Numbered from the stretch's first letter, positions 1 through 10,756 are shown. The stretch: DNA of 64,000 nt from Akkermansiaceae bacterium (GCA_051251915.1 JBPOGF010000004.1:96001-160000), one strand, 5' to 3'. Notes: generated by a model not told the origin, from the sequence alone. Translations and numbers: made by a program.

Positions 1-1288
1 CGAGACCGCCACCGATGAATCCGATGTGCATGTCTTTGACAACTTCAAGTGAAGCAGGGGGAGTTCCTGGAGTCACATCTGGGTGCTTTGGTCCAGGAGG
101 AAGCAAGGCGAGTTTGGCTGCGATGGCGGCGGCTTTTGCTTCGTTTTCTATCTTTAGCTCGGCGGCTTCTTTAGCTCTTCTTTTTGCCTTTGCGTTTGCT
201 CTATCTTTCTTAGGATCTTTCTTTGCTGCTGCAGCTGGTTTAGCAGCCTTAGCTTTTTTAGGAGCCTCTAAGATGATGAAGTCTTCAGGTGTATGGTTTT
301 TTCTGAAGGTTGTGCGTGGGTCATTAGCGATTTCTTTGATCCCGTAGAAAGTGGGGTTGTAAGCGCTTTGTGGTGTGACGTCAGCTTTTGCTGGGACATC
401 CATTCCTAGTCCCCAGTAGATGCCATTGACGACGAGTCTTCTGAGGTCTTCATCAGAGAGATCATCAGCTGAGCCCATGGTGGTGGTGAGGACTTTATTT
501 ACTTTTCCGTTCTTTTGTTTGAAATCACGGACCCATGCTACTGGCATCATTGGATCATTTTTGTCACCAGCGATGGGCTTAGATGTTGGGGCAAGTGAAT
601 CAGTGACAGCGCCTCTGAGCAGGATGGTAGAAGGCTCTAGTGGAGCGGCTCCATAGACGTCAGTTCTACCAAAGATTTCACCTACTCCGTTGAGAACTGG
701 GTGTTTGGCGTTGTTTTTTTCTGTAACTGTGAGAGTTCCTTGTTTGGCGTGAGCACCGTGGTGGTTAACCCATGTCTCGCCGAGGACTTGTCTGCCGAAG
801 CCACCTTCCCAGCCTTTGACTTTAGAACGCCAGTTGAACTTGTGGTATTTCGCTTTCTTGTCATCAATTTTGAATGCGTGGGTGGTGGTTCTTAGTGACA
901 CGATGGGGACTCCGCGTTCGAATGCTGCGTTGAATTTATCAAATGTTGGTTCGTCCCAATTTCTGAATCGGACAGCCATGATGATGGCGTCAGCAGAAGA
1001 TAGCGCTTTAGGATTTGAGAGGCTTTTCTGGTTGTTTGGATCTACAAATTTGTTGTTTTTGTCCATGGAGAATAGGACGGTGCATTTGAATCCATTGTTG
1101 GCGAGAACCTGACCTAGCATTGGCATGGATTCTTCTGAGCGATATTCTTCATCGCCCGCTAGTAAGACGACGTGTTTGCCGTTTGCCTTTCCTTTCGCTT
1201 CAAAGACTAAATGATCTTGTGCAGCGTGGGCAAAGCCCGTGGCCGCGATCATGGTGGATGAAAACGTTATGATTTGATTTAATTTCAT
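1..1288 (-). CDS. Secreted multidomain protein, 3' end outside window: ThuA-like domain, Lys/Ala-rich linker, start of an SGNH-like domain (architecture typical of PVC heme-binding/dehydrogenase proteins)
   Basis: Translated by hand from ATG at 1288: MKLNQIITFSSTMIAATGFAHA (signal peptide), then KHVVLLAGDEEYRSEESMPMLGQVLA (ThuA-like start). The same frame at the window edge reads HIGFIGGGL. Missing from the ORF track, consistent with no stop in the window. Confidence 0.7.
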   Translation of the reverse strand, partial: MKLNQIITFSSTMIAATGFAHAAQDHLVFEAKGKANGKHVVLLAGDEEYRSEESMPMLGQVLANNGFKCTVLFSMDKNNKFVDPNNQKSLSNPKALSSADAIIMAVRFRNWDEPTFDKFNAAFERGVPIVSLRTTTHAFKIDDKKAKYHKFNWRSKVKGWEGGFGRQVLGETWVNHHGAHAKQGTLTVTEKNNAKHPVLNGVGEIFGRTDVYGAAPLEPSTILLRGAVTDSLAPTSKPIAGDKNDPMMPVAWVRDFKQKNGKVNKVLTTTMGSADDLSDEDLRRLVVNGIYWGLGMDVPAKADVTPQSAYNPTFYGIKEIANDPRTTFRKNHTPEDFIILEAPKKAKAAKPAAAAKKDPKKDRANAKAKRRAKEAAELKIENEAKAAAIAAKLALLPPGPKHPDVTPGTPPASLEVVKDMHIGFIGGGL

Positions 1289-1688
1289 AGATATTTGTAT
1301 CGTTATTTCTGTAAATTGTCCTTCTTGTATAAAGTTACGTGGGGTTTGGTTTTCTTTTATCACCTAGGCTTAAATTTGTATCACAGATTGATGTTTATTT
1401 TATATTGCCTAGTGTTGGGTGGGGATAATCTCACTAAATCTTTAGCTTGTCATTTTTATAAATGAATTTTTTTCATGATTGACTGAAGAGTTGGGGAGGC
1501 GAGCTTGAGTCTTAAGCTTTATTAGTTCATGATCTGAGGTTAGATGCGATCTGGTAGGGAAGTGTCTGGGGGGTAGTGGGGTTGTGTATTGTACTAGAAT
1601 TAATTATGAGTGAGGGGGGGATATATGTCAAAATTTTGTCAAAGGAAGGTTTGCCAAGCGTTTTTAGAATGGTTAGAAATGATGGTAT

Positions 1689-3632
1689 ATGAGTAATTTA
1701 GTAGAAAACCTAGATAGTGCTGTTGCAGGTGGTGAGCTTTTGGAGTCATCAAGAGAGAATATTGTGAATCATTTGGCTGGGTCTATTAGTCCAGTGGCTG
1801 AGGCTGCGGTGACGGAATTAGTTGGTGATGGTGAGTGGGCGGAATTGAATGATCGATTTTATAAGACGTTGGCATTTGGAACTGGTGGGCTGCGTGGGCG
1901 TACTATTGGTAAGGTGGTGACTAAGGCTGAGCTTGGTGAGGGTGGACCGAATGAGCGTCCGGAGTTTCCTTGTGTGGGGTCTGCGACAATGAATTTCTAT
2001 AATGTGGGTAGAGCGATTCGTGGGATGGTGGCTTATGTTAAGAAGCATTTTGAGAAGGAGGGGATTGATCGCAAGCCATCGTTTGCATTTGCGCATGATA
2101 CGCGGCACTTCTCTAGAGACTTTGCGGAGTTCTGCGGGAAGATTTGTAATGATCTTGGCTGTGATGCTTATTTGTTTGAAGGGGCGCGGGCTACTCCACA
2201 GGTTTCATTTTTGATTCGTGAGCTTAGGTTGGATGCTGGTGTGGTTTTGACGGCGAGTCATAACCCGAGTCATGATAATGGATTTAAGGCTTACTTTAAT
2301 ACGGGTAGTCAGTTGGTAGAGCCTCATGCTGGTGGGGTGATCGATGAGGTGAATGCTATTACTAGTGAGGCTTATGATGCGCTTCCTGAATCTGAGCAGG
2401 GTGAGTTATTCATTGTGGGTGAGGATGCGGACGCCCGTTATGTGGATAAGCTGAAGACTACGTTGCTTAGGCCGGAATTGTTAGAGGGAGGCGAGAGCAC
2501 GAAGGTTGTGTTTACGAGTATCCATGGAACGGGTGGTCATATATCTGTGCCGCTTTTGCGTGAAATGGGATTTGAGGTGCTTACGGTGTCTGAGCAGGAA
2601 GTGCAGGATGGTAGATTCCCAACTGTGGCTTCGCCTAATCCGGAGAATGCTGAGGCGCTTCAGATGGGTGTGGAGTTGGCTGAGAAAGAGGGTGCTGAAA
2701 TCGTTATTGGGACTGATCCTGATTGTGACAGAATGGGGGTAGTTGTTCGTGATGAGAATGGTGAGATGCAGATTCTTACTGGTAACCAGACTGGGACGCT
2801 GATGGAGTGGTATAGGATCAAAACGATGTTTGATGCTGGTATTTTGAATGACTCTAACCGGAGTCGTGCGGTGGTGGTGAAGACTTATGTGACTTCGCCG
2901 TTACAGAATAAGATAGCGGAGAAGGCTGGGATCAATGTGGTGGATACGCTGACTGGATTTAAGTTTATCTGTGATAAGCTTCAGAAGTATGAGGATGGGA
3001 TTCCTGCTGATAAGTATGAGGGGGATTACCGTGATTTATCTGAGGATGAGAGCCGTAAGTTGAGGTTGGAGTATTCTAGATTTTTCGTCTTTGGTGGCGA
3101 GGAGAGCTACGGGTATATGGGTGGTGACTATGTGCGTGATAAGGATGGAAACATGGCGACTGTGATGTTTGCTGAGATAGCGGCTTATGCGAAGAGTGTG
3201 GGCAAGAGCGTGGCTGGTCTGTTAGATGATATTTATAAGGAGTATGGCTTCCACAAAGAGGTGAATAAGAGCGTGGTGATGGAGGGTGCTGAAGGTGCTG
3301 CTCAGATCGCGAGCTTAGCGAAGTCTTATTCTGAAGATAATCCGACTGAGTTTGCGGGTGTGAAGGTGGCAAATGTTAGAGATTTTGCGACGACTACTTA
3401 TACTGATGCTGAGGGTGATGAAGTGCCAAGGCAGGGGATGCTTATTGTTGATATGGAGGATGGGAATTCCTTTGCGGTGCGACCGTCTGGGACTGAGCCT
3501 AAGATTAAGTATTACCTCTTTGGGAATGATGCGCCATCAGATGATCTGGCTGGAAGTAAGGCTAGGGTGGCTGAGGGCTTGGATGCTCTTTGGGTAGCGA
3601 TTGAGGCTGATATGAAGGAGAGGTTGAATTGA
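1689..3632 (+). CDS. pgm: Phosphoglucomutase/phosphomannomutase
   Basis: FGTGGLRG, TASHNP phosphoserine loop, DPDCDR metal loop, GEESYG, RPSGTEPKIK. Confidence 0.95.
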   Translation: MSNLVENLDSAVAGGELLESSRENIVNHLAGSISPVAEAAVTELVGDGEWAELNDRFYKTLAFGTGGLRGRTIGKVVTKAELGEGGPNERPEFPCVGSATMNFYNVGRAIRGMVAYVKKHFEKEGIDRKPSFAFAHDTRHFSRDFAEFCGKICNDLGCDAYLFEGARATPQVSFLIRELRLDAGVVLTASHNPSHDNGFKAYFNTGSQLVEPHAGGVIDEVNAITSEAYDALPESEQGELFIVGEDADARYVDKLKTTLLRPELLEGGESTKVVFTSIHGTGGHISVPLLREMGFEVLTVSEQEVQDGRFPTVASPNPENAEALQMGVELAEKEGAEIVIGTDPDCDRMGVVVRDENGEMQILTGNQTGTLMEWYRIKTMFDAGILNDSNRSRAVVVKTYVTSPLQNKIAEKAGINVVDTLTGFKFICDKLQKYEDGIPADKYEGDYRDLSEDESRKLRLEYSRFFVFGGEESYGYMGGDYVRDKDGNMATVMFAEIAAYAKSVGKSVAGLLDDIYKEYGFHKEVNKSVVMEGAEGAAQIASLAKSYSEDNPTEFAGVKVANVRDFATTTYTDAEGDEVPRQGMLIVDMEDGNSFAVRPSGTEPKIKYYLFGNDAPSDDLAGSKARVAEGLDALWVAIEADMKERLN

Positions 3633-3664
3633 TTATTTGATAGTGATTATTGAGTATTTTATAG

Positions 3665-3702
3665 GGTGGTGCGGAGGTTAATTTCTCTGCGCCACCTTTT
3701 TT
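3665..3702 (+). terminator. Rho-independent terminator after pgm
   Basis: GGTGGTGCGGAG / CTCTGCGCCACC stem followed by T6, between convergent genes. Confidence 0.8.
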
Positions 3703-4456
3703 ATTCAGGGACTAGTGGTCTGAGGAGGAAGCCTATTAGATATGCCATGGCTGCGGCGATGGTTCCGATGAGTAGGGTTTCTAGGCCTCCGGAGAGCCAG
3801 TGTTGGTCTGTGTATTTGCTTTTGAAGGCGCCGATGGCGAAGAATGATATGCCTGTTAGGACGCAGGCGGCGGGGAATGCTGAGCCTGAGAAGATGCCGA
3901 AGGCGGCGTCTAGGAAGTAGGCGAGTAGGGGGATGGTGCCGATAGTTAGGAATGCAATTAGGGTCGTTAGGCCTGATTTGATGGCTGATGGGGGATGGAG
4001 TGGGAGGCCGTGTTCTTCTTGGATCATGGTGTCTACCCATCGTTTTTTGTCTGAGGTGATGGTGTCTACGACTTGTTCAAGGGTGTCGCCTTTGAAGCCT
4101 TTTGATTTGAAGATTTGGCGGATTTCTTCTCGTTCTCCTTCTGGGTGGTTTTCTATTTCTTCTTCTTCTTCACGGCGGAATTTTCTGGCGGATTGGTTTT
4201 CTGCTCGGGTGCCGGAGAAATTTCCAGCGGCCATGGAGAAGCCATCGGCTAGCATGTTGGCGATGCCTAGGACGATGACGAGGCTGCTGGATAGGCCGGC
4301 TCCTGCAACGGATGAAACGACGGCGAAAGTGGTGACGGCGCCATCGATGGCGCCGAGGATGGAGTCTTTTAGGTAATCGTTACCCATGCCTTCCTTGAGA
4401 CGTTTACGGATCGCTTCTGGGGTGTGTTCGGCGGCGTGGTCATCGTGGTGGGACAT
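3701..4456 (-). CDS. VIT1/CCC1 family Fe/Mn transporter
   Basis: ILGAIDGAVTTFAVV, LGIANMLADGFSMAAGNF, EIENHPEGEREEIRQIF, several TM helices. Confidence 0.93.
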   Translation of the reverse strand: MSHHDDHAAEHTPEAIRKRLKEGMGNDYLKDSILGAIDGAVTTFAVVSSVAGAGLSSSLVIVLGIANMLADGFSMAAGNFSGTRAENQSARKFRREEEEEIENHPEGEREEIRQIFKSKGFKGDTLEQVVDTITSDKKRWVDTMIQEEHGLPLHPPSAIKSGLTTLIAFLTIGTIPLLAYFLDAAFGIFSGSAFPAACVLTGISFFAIGAFKSKYTDQHWLSGGLETLLIGTIAAAMAYLIGFLLRPLVPE

Positions 4457-4468
4457 GGTATCTGTGGG

Positions 4469-5872
4469 TTAAACGAGGAGTTCGGGGAGGTTGTTTGTGC
4501 AGCCTGCGAATTCTTTGGTTTCTGTTCCAAGTTGTTGGAGGATGGTGAGGAGTAGGCGGCCCATGGGTTCTTCTTTGGCGTGTTCTTTGTTTCTCATGTC
4601 TCGCTCTGCGGCGACGTTGATGCCAGCCATGGCGTCGAAGTCTTGTGGGCCGTATTGGATGTATTGTCCTTGTTTGAATCCCATGTTTTGGCCGCCGGCG
4701 ATGATGAGTGGGTAGTTGCGTGAGAGGTGGAAGGCGCTGGTTGCGGAGCCGAAGAGGCAGAAGGTGTTTTCTAGCATGGTGCCGTGGCCACCGGGTTCTG
4801 GGGTGGAGTGGAGGCGGGTGAGGAAGTGGTGGAATTCTTCGATGAGGAAGCGGTTGTATTGGCCGAAGTTTTCCCAGCCGCCGGGTTTTTTGACGTGGTG
4901 GGAGAGCATGTGTGTGAGGTTGAATCCGACGGCGCGGCCGAGGCGGTCGCTGATGCCGAGGCCGTTTTCTCTGCCGATCTGGTAGGTGGCGGTGCGGGTG
5001 GTGTCTGAGTGGAAGGCGAGGTAGATGAGCTCAAACATGGTGCGGACGTAGTTGCGCGGGTCTTGTGGTGAGATTTCTAGGTTGAGGTGGTCTGCGTTGA
5101 TGGATGGGTGGGGGATGTTTAGCCAGTGTTTGGCTTTTTCGATTTTGCGTTCGGTTTCTCTGACGGATTGGAGGTATTGGTCGAGGGTGTTTTGGTCGTG
5201 TTTGGAGAGTTTTTGTTTGAGTGAGCGGCTGTCTGCTAGGAGGTCGTCTAAGGCGGATTGTTGGGCGGCGAGCTGGGCTGCGGCTTTGGTGTTGCTGGTG
5301 ACGAAGAGTTGGTCGAAGATGCGTTTTGGTTTGTTTTCTGATGGGATGGGGCGGCCTTGGCGGTTGAATGACATGGTTTGTGCGCCACGTGGGGAGCCGG
5401 TGCCGCCGTCGGTTCCGAGGATCATGCAGTCGTGGCGGGTTTGGTCGCCGATGGCTTCTGCGAAGAGTTGGTCCATGGAGACGGAGTTGTGGTAGTCTCC
5501 GCCTGAGCCGGTGTTTGCTCCTGTGAGGAATTGGTCAGCGTTGGAGTGGCCATGGACTTTGCGGGCGTGTGGGTGAGATAGGCCGCTGAGGACTGAGACT
5601 TGGTTTTTGAGTGGGTTTAGTGGGTCTAGGCATTTGGTGAAGGAGTGGTTGGTTCCGTCTTTGTTTTTGTGTGGGAACCAGCTCCAGTCTTGGAATGCTG
5701 GGTCTTCTTTTAGTGGCATGGGAACGCCGTCTGGCATGTAGAAGCAGGCGAGGCGTTTTTTGGTGATGGAGGTGGCGGGGAGGGTTTTGGCGAAGGTTTC
5801 AAACCATGGTAGTGCGAGGCCGATGCCTGCTCCGCGGAGGAATTTTCTGCGATCTAGTGATGATAGGTTCAT
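4469..5872 (-). CDS. DUF1552 domain protein (Tat-exported)
   Basis: Twin-Arg signal RRKFLRGAG; KRLACFYMPDG, SMDQLFA, YLQSVRETE, NYPLIIAGG; follows a DUF1592 gene as usual in PVC genomes. Confidence 0.9.
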   Translation of the reverse strand: MNLSSLDRRKFLRGAGIGLALPWFETFAKTLPATSITKKRLACFYMPDGVPMPLKEDPAFQDWSWFPHKNKDGTNHSFTKCLDPLNPLKNQVSVLSGLSHPHARKVHGHSNADQFLTGANTGSGGDYHNSVSMDQLFAEAIGDQTRHDCMILGTDGGTGSPRGAQTMSFNRQGRPIPSENKPKRIFDQLFVTSNTKAAAQLAAQQSALDDLLADSRSLKQKLSKHDQNTLDQYLQSVRETERKIEKAKHWLNIPHPSINADHLNLEISPQDPRNYVRTMFELIYLAFHSDTTRTATYQIGRENGLGISDRLGRAVGFNLTHMLSHHVKKPGGWENFGQYNRFLIEEFHHFLTRLHSTPEPGGHGTMLENTFCLFGSATSAFHLSRNYPLIIAGGQNMGFKQGQYIQYGPQDFDAMAGINVAAERDMRNKEHAKEEPMGRLLLTILQQLGTETKEFAGCTNNLPELLV

Positions 5873-5890
5873 GTGGTTGTGTGGTTTGAG

Positions 5891-8569
5891 TTATGAGTTT
5901 CTAAAGAGGTCGCTTTTGATGATGTTTAGGATGAGGGTTTTTAGTCCGTCTCCGTTTTTGCGGGTTTGTGCGGTGATCTTTTCGATCTGGGCGTGGTCTG
6001 AGAAGTTGAGTGGTCTGCCGAGGGCGTAGCAGGCGAGTTTGTGGACCATGGCGCGGGCGAATTGGTCTTGTCGATTTTCTAGAAGATAGCTTTTTAGTCC
6101 GTTGATGCCAACGATTTTTGTTTTGTCGACTAGGTAGCTTTGGGCGTCTACTGGTTTGCCGTTGATGTTATTTCTGAAGAGGCCGACTGCGTCGTATTCT
6201 TCAAATACGATTCCCCAGGGGTCGATTTTGATGTGGCATGATGAGCAGGCTGGGTCGTTGCGGTGGTCTTCCATGCGTTCTTTGAGGGTCATTTTGAGGA
6301 TGTTGGGGTCTGTGAGGTCGATCTCTGGGACGGCTGGTGGTGGTGGTGGTGGTGGGTCGTGGAGGATGTTTTCTAGGAGCCAGATGCCGCGTTTGAGTGG
6401 GTGGGAGTCGTTGCCATCTGAGTTCATGGCGAGGAGGCCGGGTTGGGTGAGGAGGCCGCCGCGGGTTGATTTTAGTTCTGGGGGGAGTTTGACTTTACGG
6501 AAGTGGTTTCCGTAGATGCCTGAGATGCCGTAGTGGTGGGCGAGGGTGGCGTCTAGGTAGGCGTGGTCTGAGTGGATGAAGTCGATAATGGAGTGGTCAT
6601 GGGTGAGCATGTCTTGGAACATGGCGACGGGCTCTTGTTGCATGGATTTCAGGGTGGAGGGGGAGAACTGGGGGTAAGTTTTTTTGTTTATTTCGAGTTG
6701 TTTTAGGAGGTCGAGGTTGAGCCATTGGTCGGTGAAGTGTTTTGTGAAGCGGTGGGCGCGTGGGTCTGCGAGCATGCGTTCTGCTTGGGCGGCTAGGGTG
6801 TGAGGGTCGCGGATTTTTCCTGATTTGGCGAGGTTTAGAAGTTCTTGATTTGGCTGGCTGGACCACAGGAAGTAGGAGAGGCGGGATGCGAGTTCGTAGT
6901 CTGATGGTGAGTGGGCGGATTGTGAGATGTAGATGAAGTGGGGTGATGAGAGGATGGAGGCGATGACTTCTAGGATGGTTTCTTGGAAGTCGTTGTAGGC
7001 TGGGCGGATGGTTTGGAAGAGTTTGAGTTTGCGTGTGATTTCATCGTCGGTGACGGGGCGTCTCCATGCTTTTGGCATGAAGTGGGTGAGGATGGTGCGG
7101 GCTTGGTGGGTCTCTGATAGGGTTTTATTTTGTGTTGGGAAGATGGTTAGGTGTGATGCTGGGGGCCATTGTTGTTTGTAGGGTGCGATGACTTCGATGT
7201 AGTCGATGATGACGTTGGCGTTTTCTTCATTTTCTCCTTGGTAGGAGTTGGTGATTTGGAAATACTCGGCTGGGTTTGGGCGTGCTTCTGGGCTGGCGGT
7301 TCTGAGGTATGGGTTGCGCTCTAGGGCGTCTAGGGGGATGGTCCACTCGTAGAATTCGGGTTTTTCTGGTGGTGCTGTGATGGCGATTTGTTTGGCATTT
7401 ACTTGGTATTCGGAGTCTGAGTTGTTGTTGGGTTTGTGGCCGAACTGGAGTGAGACGCTGGGGTTGTCTGGGTTGTTTGCTATGGCTTGGTGGGCGCGGA
7501 AGCGGATGCGGATGGAGCCTCTGTCTGGAAGTGTGTTTCCAAGCCAGATTTTATGTGCGTTGTCTGCTGGGATGATGAGGATGTGGGGTTGGAGGTCTGG
7601 AGGGGTGGTGGGGAGTTCTGTGACGGGGCTCCAGGGGCTGAATCCGTAGGGGATTTTGTAGCTCCAGCCTTTGCCTGTTTTTTTGTTGTAGAAGTGGGTT
7701 CTGGTGGATCTGAATTTGTCGCCATTTTTTTGTTCGCGAGCGTCTTGGTAGAGGGATTTGAAGTTGCCATCGATGGCGTTATCGAGGATGAGGACTTTTT
7801 TACGTTCTTGGAAGTAGTCTGATCTTTCTTTTGCCCAGTTGATGAGTTGTTCGCCGCCTTTTTCCATGGTCATGGAGAAGTAGGTGGGGGTTGGAGCGTC
7901 GCCTATAATGGTGGCGGCTTGGAGGGCTTGGCGGGCGATGTCTCGGTAGATGGAGAATTGTTGTGAGGTCATTTGGAGGCGTTCGGAGCTGTTGCGGAAG
8001 CCGTCTTCTGAGGGGGTTTCTGGGGGGAGGTTTTGGGAAAAGTCGTGTGGGAGGTGGAGGAGGTCTTGTAGTGCGTAGCTGTATTCGTAGCGGGTCATGC
8101 GGCGGAAAGAGGTGTGTCCGCCTTGGCTGCGTTTTACTTGTGAGGCGATGAGGACTTGGCCGGAGAGCCAGTCGATGAGTTTGCCGCGGTTTTGAGGGGA
8201 GATGTCTACGTCTTTTTCCTCTGGGGGCATTTCGTTGTTAGAGAGGACTTCGATGACTTCAAGCCAGTAGTCGGCATCGTGGCCGTTGATGAGGTCTGGG
8301 TTTAGTTCGTCTAGACGGAGGTCGCCTTTTTGTTTGTCTGGGCCGTGGCAGGGGTAGCAGGATTCTTTTAAGATGGGGGCGATTTGTGTTTGGAAGCCTT
8401 TGAGGTCTGGTTTGGTTTGGGTGGAGTGTGGGGTGACTTGTTGTTTGAGGTATTTTGAGGATTGGGTGCCGAGTTTTTTTAGTTCGTTGAGGACGGGGTG
8501 TTCGGTAGCGCTTACAGAGAGTGTAAGGGCTAGGAATGCGAGAATGATTTTGAATACTGGTGGTTTCAT
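5891..8569 (-). CDS. Planctomycete-type cytochrome c / DUF1587-DUF1592-DUF1588-DUF1585 protein
   Basis: CYPCH and CSSCH heme motifs, RRMTRYEY, ELASRLSYFLWSS, RGGLL, poly-Pro PPPPPPAVP, YALGR. Confidence 0.92.
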   Translation of the reverse strand: MKPPVFKIILAFLALTLSVSATEHPVLNELKKLGTQSSKYLKQQVTPHSTQTKPDLKGFQTQIAPILKESCYPCHGPDKQKGDLRLDELNPDLINGHDADYWLEVIEVLSNNEMPPEEKDVDISPQNRGKLIDWLSGQVLIASQVKRSQGGHTSFRRMTRYEYSYALQDLLHLPHDFSQNLPPETPSEDGFRNSSERLQMTSQQFSIYRDIARQALQAATIIGDAPTPTYFSMTMEKGGEQLINWAKERSDYFQERKKVLILDNAIDGNFKSLYQDAREQKNGDKFRSTRTHFYNKKTGKGWSYKIPYGFSPWSPVTELPTTPPDLQPHILIIPADNAHKIWLGNTLPDRGSIRIRFRAHQAIANNPDNPSVSLQFGHKPNNNSDSEYQVNAKQIAITAPPEKPEFYEWTIPLDALERNPYLRTASPEARPNPAEYFQITNSYQGENEENANVIIDYIEVIAPYKQQWPPASHLTIFPTQNKTLSETHQARTILTHFMPKAWRRPVTDDEITRKLKLFQTIRPAYNDFQETILEVIASILSSPHFIYISQSAHSPSDYELASRLSYFLWSSQPNQELLNLAKSGKIRDPHTLAAQAERMLADPRAHRFTKHFTDQWLNLDLLKQLEINKKTYPQFSPSTLKSMQQEPVAMFQDMLTHDHSIIDFIHSDHAYLDATLAHHYGISGIYGNHFRKVKLPPELKSTRGGLLTQPGLLAMNSDGNDSHPLKRGIWLLENILHDPPPPPPPAVPEIDLTDPNILKMTLKERMEDHRNDPACSSCHIKIDPWGIVFEEYDAVGLFRNNINGKPVDAQSYLVDKTKIVGINGLKSYLLENRQDQFARAMVHKLACYALGRPLNFSDHAQIEKITAQTRKNGDGLKTLILNIIKSDLFRNS

Positions 8570-8751
8570 TTTATGGAATGATATGATTCTAGATGTTTAC
8601 GTCTATGAAAAAGAGTAACTTGCATTTCTGGGGTGACTACTAGAGATTATTTATCACGAGTTTTTGAGAATGGTGTATGATGAAGTTTTTTTTAACCGAA
8701 CATGTTCTATTGATAGACAAGTGATTCATGATTTATAGAATAGCGATTGTG

Positions 8752-9474
8752 ATGAAGAATTTATCTCTGTTTGTTTTACTGATGTCGATTTTGACTGGGA
8801 GTGTGGTTGGGAAGAGTGTGGTTGGGAAAGAAGGTGTGATCTTGTTGCATGGGCTTTGCAGGTCATCGTCTAGTATGGAGAAGATGGCTAGGGAGCTACG
8901 GCGATCTGGGTTTGTGGTGGAGAATGTGGCTTATGCTTCTCGATCAGCTAAGATTAGAGAACTGGCTGAAGTAGCTATTGGATCTGCTCTGCAAAGTGAG
9001 AGCATCCGGTCTTGTTCGAAGGTTCATTTTGTCACTCATTCTTTGGGAGGAATTTTGGTGAGAAGCTATTTGGACGAGAAGGAGATTAAGCGATTAGGTC
9101 GGGTTGTGATGTTGTCTCCGCCAAATCAAGGGAGTGAGGTAGTGGATAAATTGGGTTCGTGGAAGGTGTTTCGGGCGATTAATGGTCCTGCTGGTGGTGA
9201 GTTGGGGACTGGTGTGAATTCGGTTCCGAATCAGTTGGGGAGAATTAATTTTGAATGCGGAGTGATTACGGGTGATCGGTCGATTAACTGGATCAATAGT
9301 CTGATGATTCCGGGTAAGGATGATGGGAAGGTGTCTGTTGTAAGATCCAATACTTTAGGTGTGAAAGAGCATAGAGTGATGCATGTTACCCATCCTTATA
9401 TTATGAAGAATAAAAAGGTGATTTTAGAGGTTGTGCATTTTTTGGTGAATGGGGAATTTATTGTGGTGGAGTAG
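8752..9474 (+). CDS. Secreted alpha/beta-fold hydrolase (lipase/esterase-like)
   Basis: LLHGL oxyanion motif, THSLGG nucleophile elbow, PPNQGS, DDGKVSV, HPYIM. Start could be 8728. Confidence 0.88.
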   Translation: MKNLSLFVLLMSILTGSVVGKSVVGKEGVILLHGLCRSSSSMEKMARELRRSGFVVENVAYASRSAKIRELAEVAIGSALQSESIRSCSKVHFVTHSLGGILVRSYLDEKEIKRLGRVVMLSPPNQGSEVVDKLGSWKVFRAINGPAGGELGTGVNSVPNQLGRINFECGVITGDRSINWINSLMIPGKDDGKVSVVRSNTLGVKEHRVMHVTHPYIMKNKKVILEVVHFLVNGEFIVVE

Positions 9475-9605
9475 TTTTTTATTATATCTATGAAGATAGA
9501 ATTCTTGTTGATATTGTAAGTGTTGGGCAAAGGAGGGGTATTTATGAGTAGAGGGGGAGTGACCAGGCTTAGCTTTGTAGTAAGTTGTGTCTGGTACCAG
9601 ATTTC

Positions 9606-10481
9606 TTAGTGCTTGAGGCTTTTTATCCAAGCGATGTCGTTGGGATGAAGGTAGGAGGGGTTATTGTTTTTGACTCGGATTGCGTAGATGGTGGTGATGG
9701 CTTCTGCTGCGATGAGGATTTGTTTTACTTGTTGGAGATCATCCCATAGGTCTAGGCTTTCAGTGAGTGGGTCGTGATTTGGATCGCTGGTGTGGAGGGA
9801 TTTTTGGAGTAGTTGAAGTGCTGGGTTAATAGTGATTTCTGGAGCTAACTGCTGTACTTCTTGTTCTGCTGTTTTGTTAGCCTCTTTCTCAGCAGATTTT
9901 TGTTTTCTGTTTTTTAGGAAGCTGGAAAAGTGATCTAGTCCGCTGGAGGTGAGTTTGGAGCTGAGTGAAGGGAGTAGGGCTTTGGCTGCGATGCCGACTC
10001 CTAGTAGAGGGTTGGCTACTGCGACTATTCCGCCGATGACGAGTAGACCGTTGGTGATGGTGTTGGTTTTCTGGTCGATCTCTTCGGCGATGATGTCGAG
10101 TCGGTGGGCGGTGGTGGAGTGGGTGTCTAGTTCTTTGAGTTTGTTTTGGCTGATTTGTTGTTTGAGTAGGTGTTCTAGTTTTTCTAGTGATTCGTTGTTG
10201 GGGAGCTGGAAGATTCGTTTTTTTGTTAGGTTGTTTTGTGTGCTGTGACCTTCTGGGAGGACGCGTTTGGTGTAGAGCGAGAATCCGGCTTCTGTTTCTC
10301 GATCTGGAACTAGAAGGTAATGTGTTTCATCATAGAGTTGATTTTCTGTGATGAGTGCTTCTGATGAGGTGAAGAGGTTTAGGTCGCCTAGCAGGCCTTT
10401 GAAATAGCTTGTGCCGTCCTCGGTAATGGCTCCGACTTTATTTAGGAAGTCGGTGAGATTAGTTTTTAGTGAGTTGAGCAT
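9606..10481 (-). CDS. Hypothetical protein with one Gly-rich hydrophobic segment
   Basis: Long ORF; GLLVIGGIVAVANPLLGVGIAA. Start set at MLNSLK. Confidence 0.7.
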   Translation of the reverse strand: MLNSLKTNLTDFLNKVGAITEDGTSYFKGLLGDLNLFTSSEALITENQLYDETHYLLVPDRETEAGFSLYTKRVLPEGHSTQNNLTKKRIFQLPNNESLEKLEHLLKQQISQNKLKELDTHSTTAHRLDIIAEEIDQKTNTITNGLLVIGGIVAVANPLLGVGIAAKALLPSLSSKLTSSGLDHFSSFLKNRKQKSAEKEANKTAEQEVQQLAPEITINPALQLLQKSLHTSDPNHDPLTESLDLWDDLQQVKQILIAAEAITTIYAIRVKNNNPSYLHPNDIAWIKSLKH

Positions 10482-10579
10482 GATGGCTTCTGGTAGTTGT
10501 AATATTGTGCATTCAACCATCTGTTCTTGGAGGTTACAAGCGTATACCGGAGAGCGTAGAATCATCAATCATGGAGGTT

Positions 10580-10720
10580 GACTGGGTGGGAGAGGGTGGG
10601 CGATTTTTGATGGAGGGGGTGGAGGAGTGGGCTAGGAAGAATGGTTGTGCGTTTAATACAGTGGCTACTCGTAGGGCGGGGGCATTTTATGAGGCTATTA
10701 ATTATGATGGGAGTGCGGGG
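10580..10720 (+). pseudogene. GNAT acetyltransferase C-terminal remnant
   Basis: GGRFLMEGVEEWARKNG...VATRRAGAFYEAINY resembles GNAT motif A/B. N-terminal half not evident and the frame runs into a terminator. Confidence 0.5.
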
Positions 10721-10723
10721 GAT

Positions 10724-10756
10724 AAAAAAAAGCTATCACCGTATGGCGATAGCTTT
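10724..10756 (-). terminator. Terminator after the lipoprotein gene
   Basis: Minus strand GCTATCGCC-ATAC-GGTGATAGC followed by T8. Confidence 0.8.
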
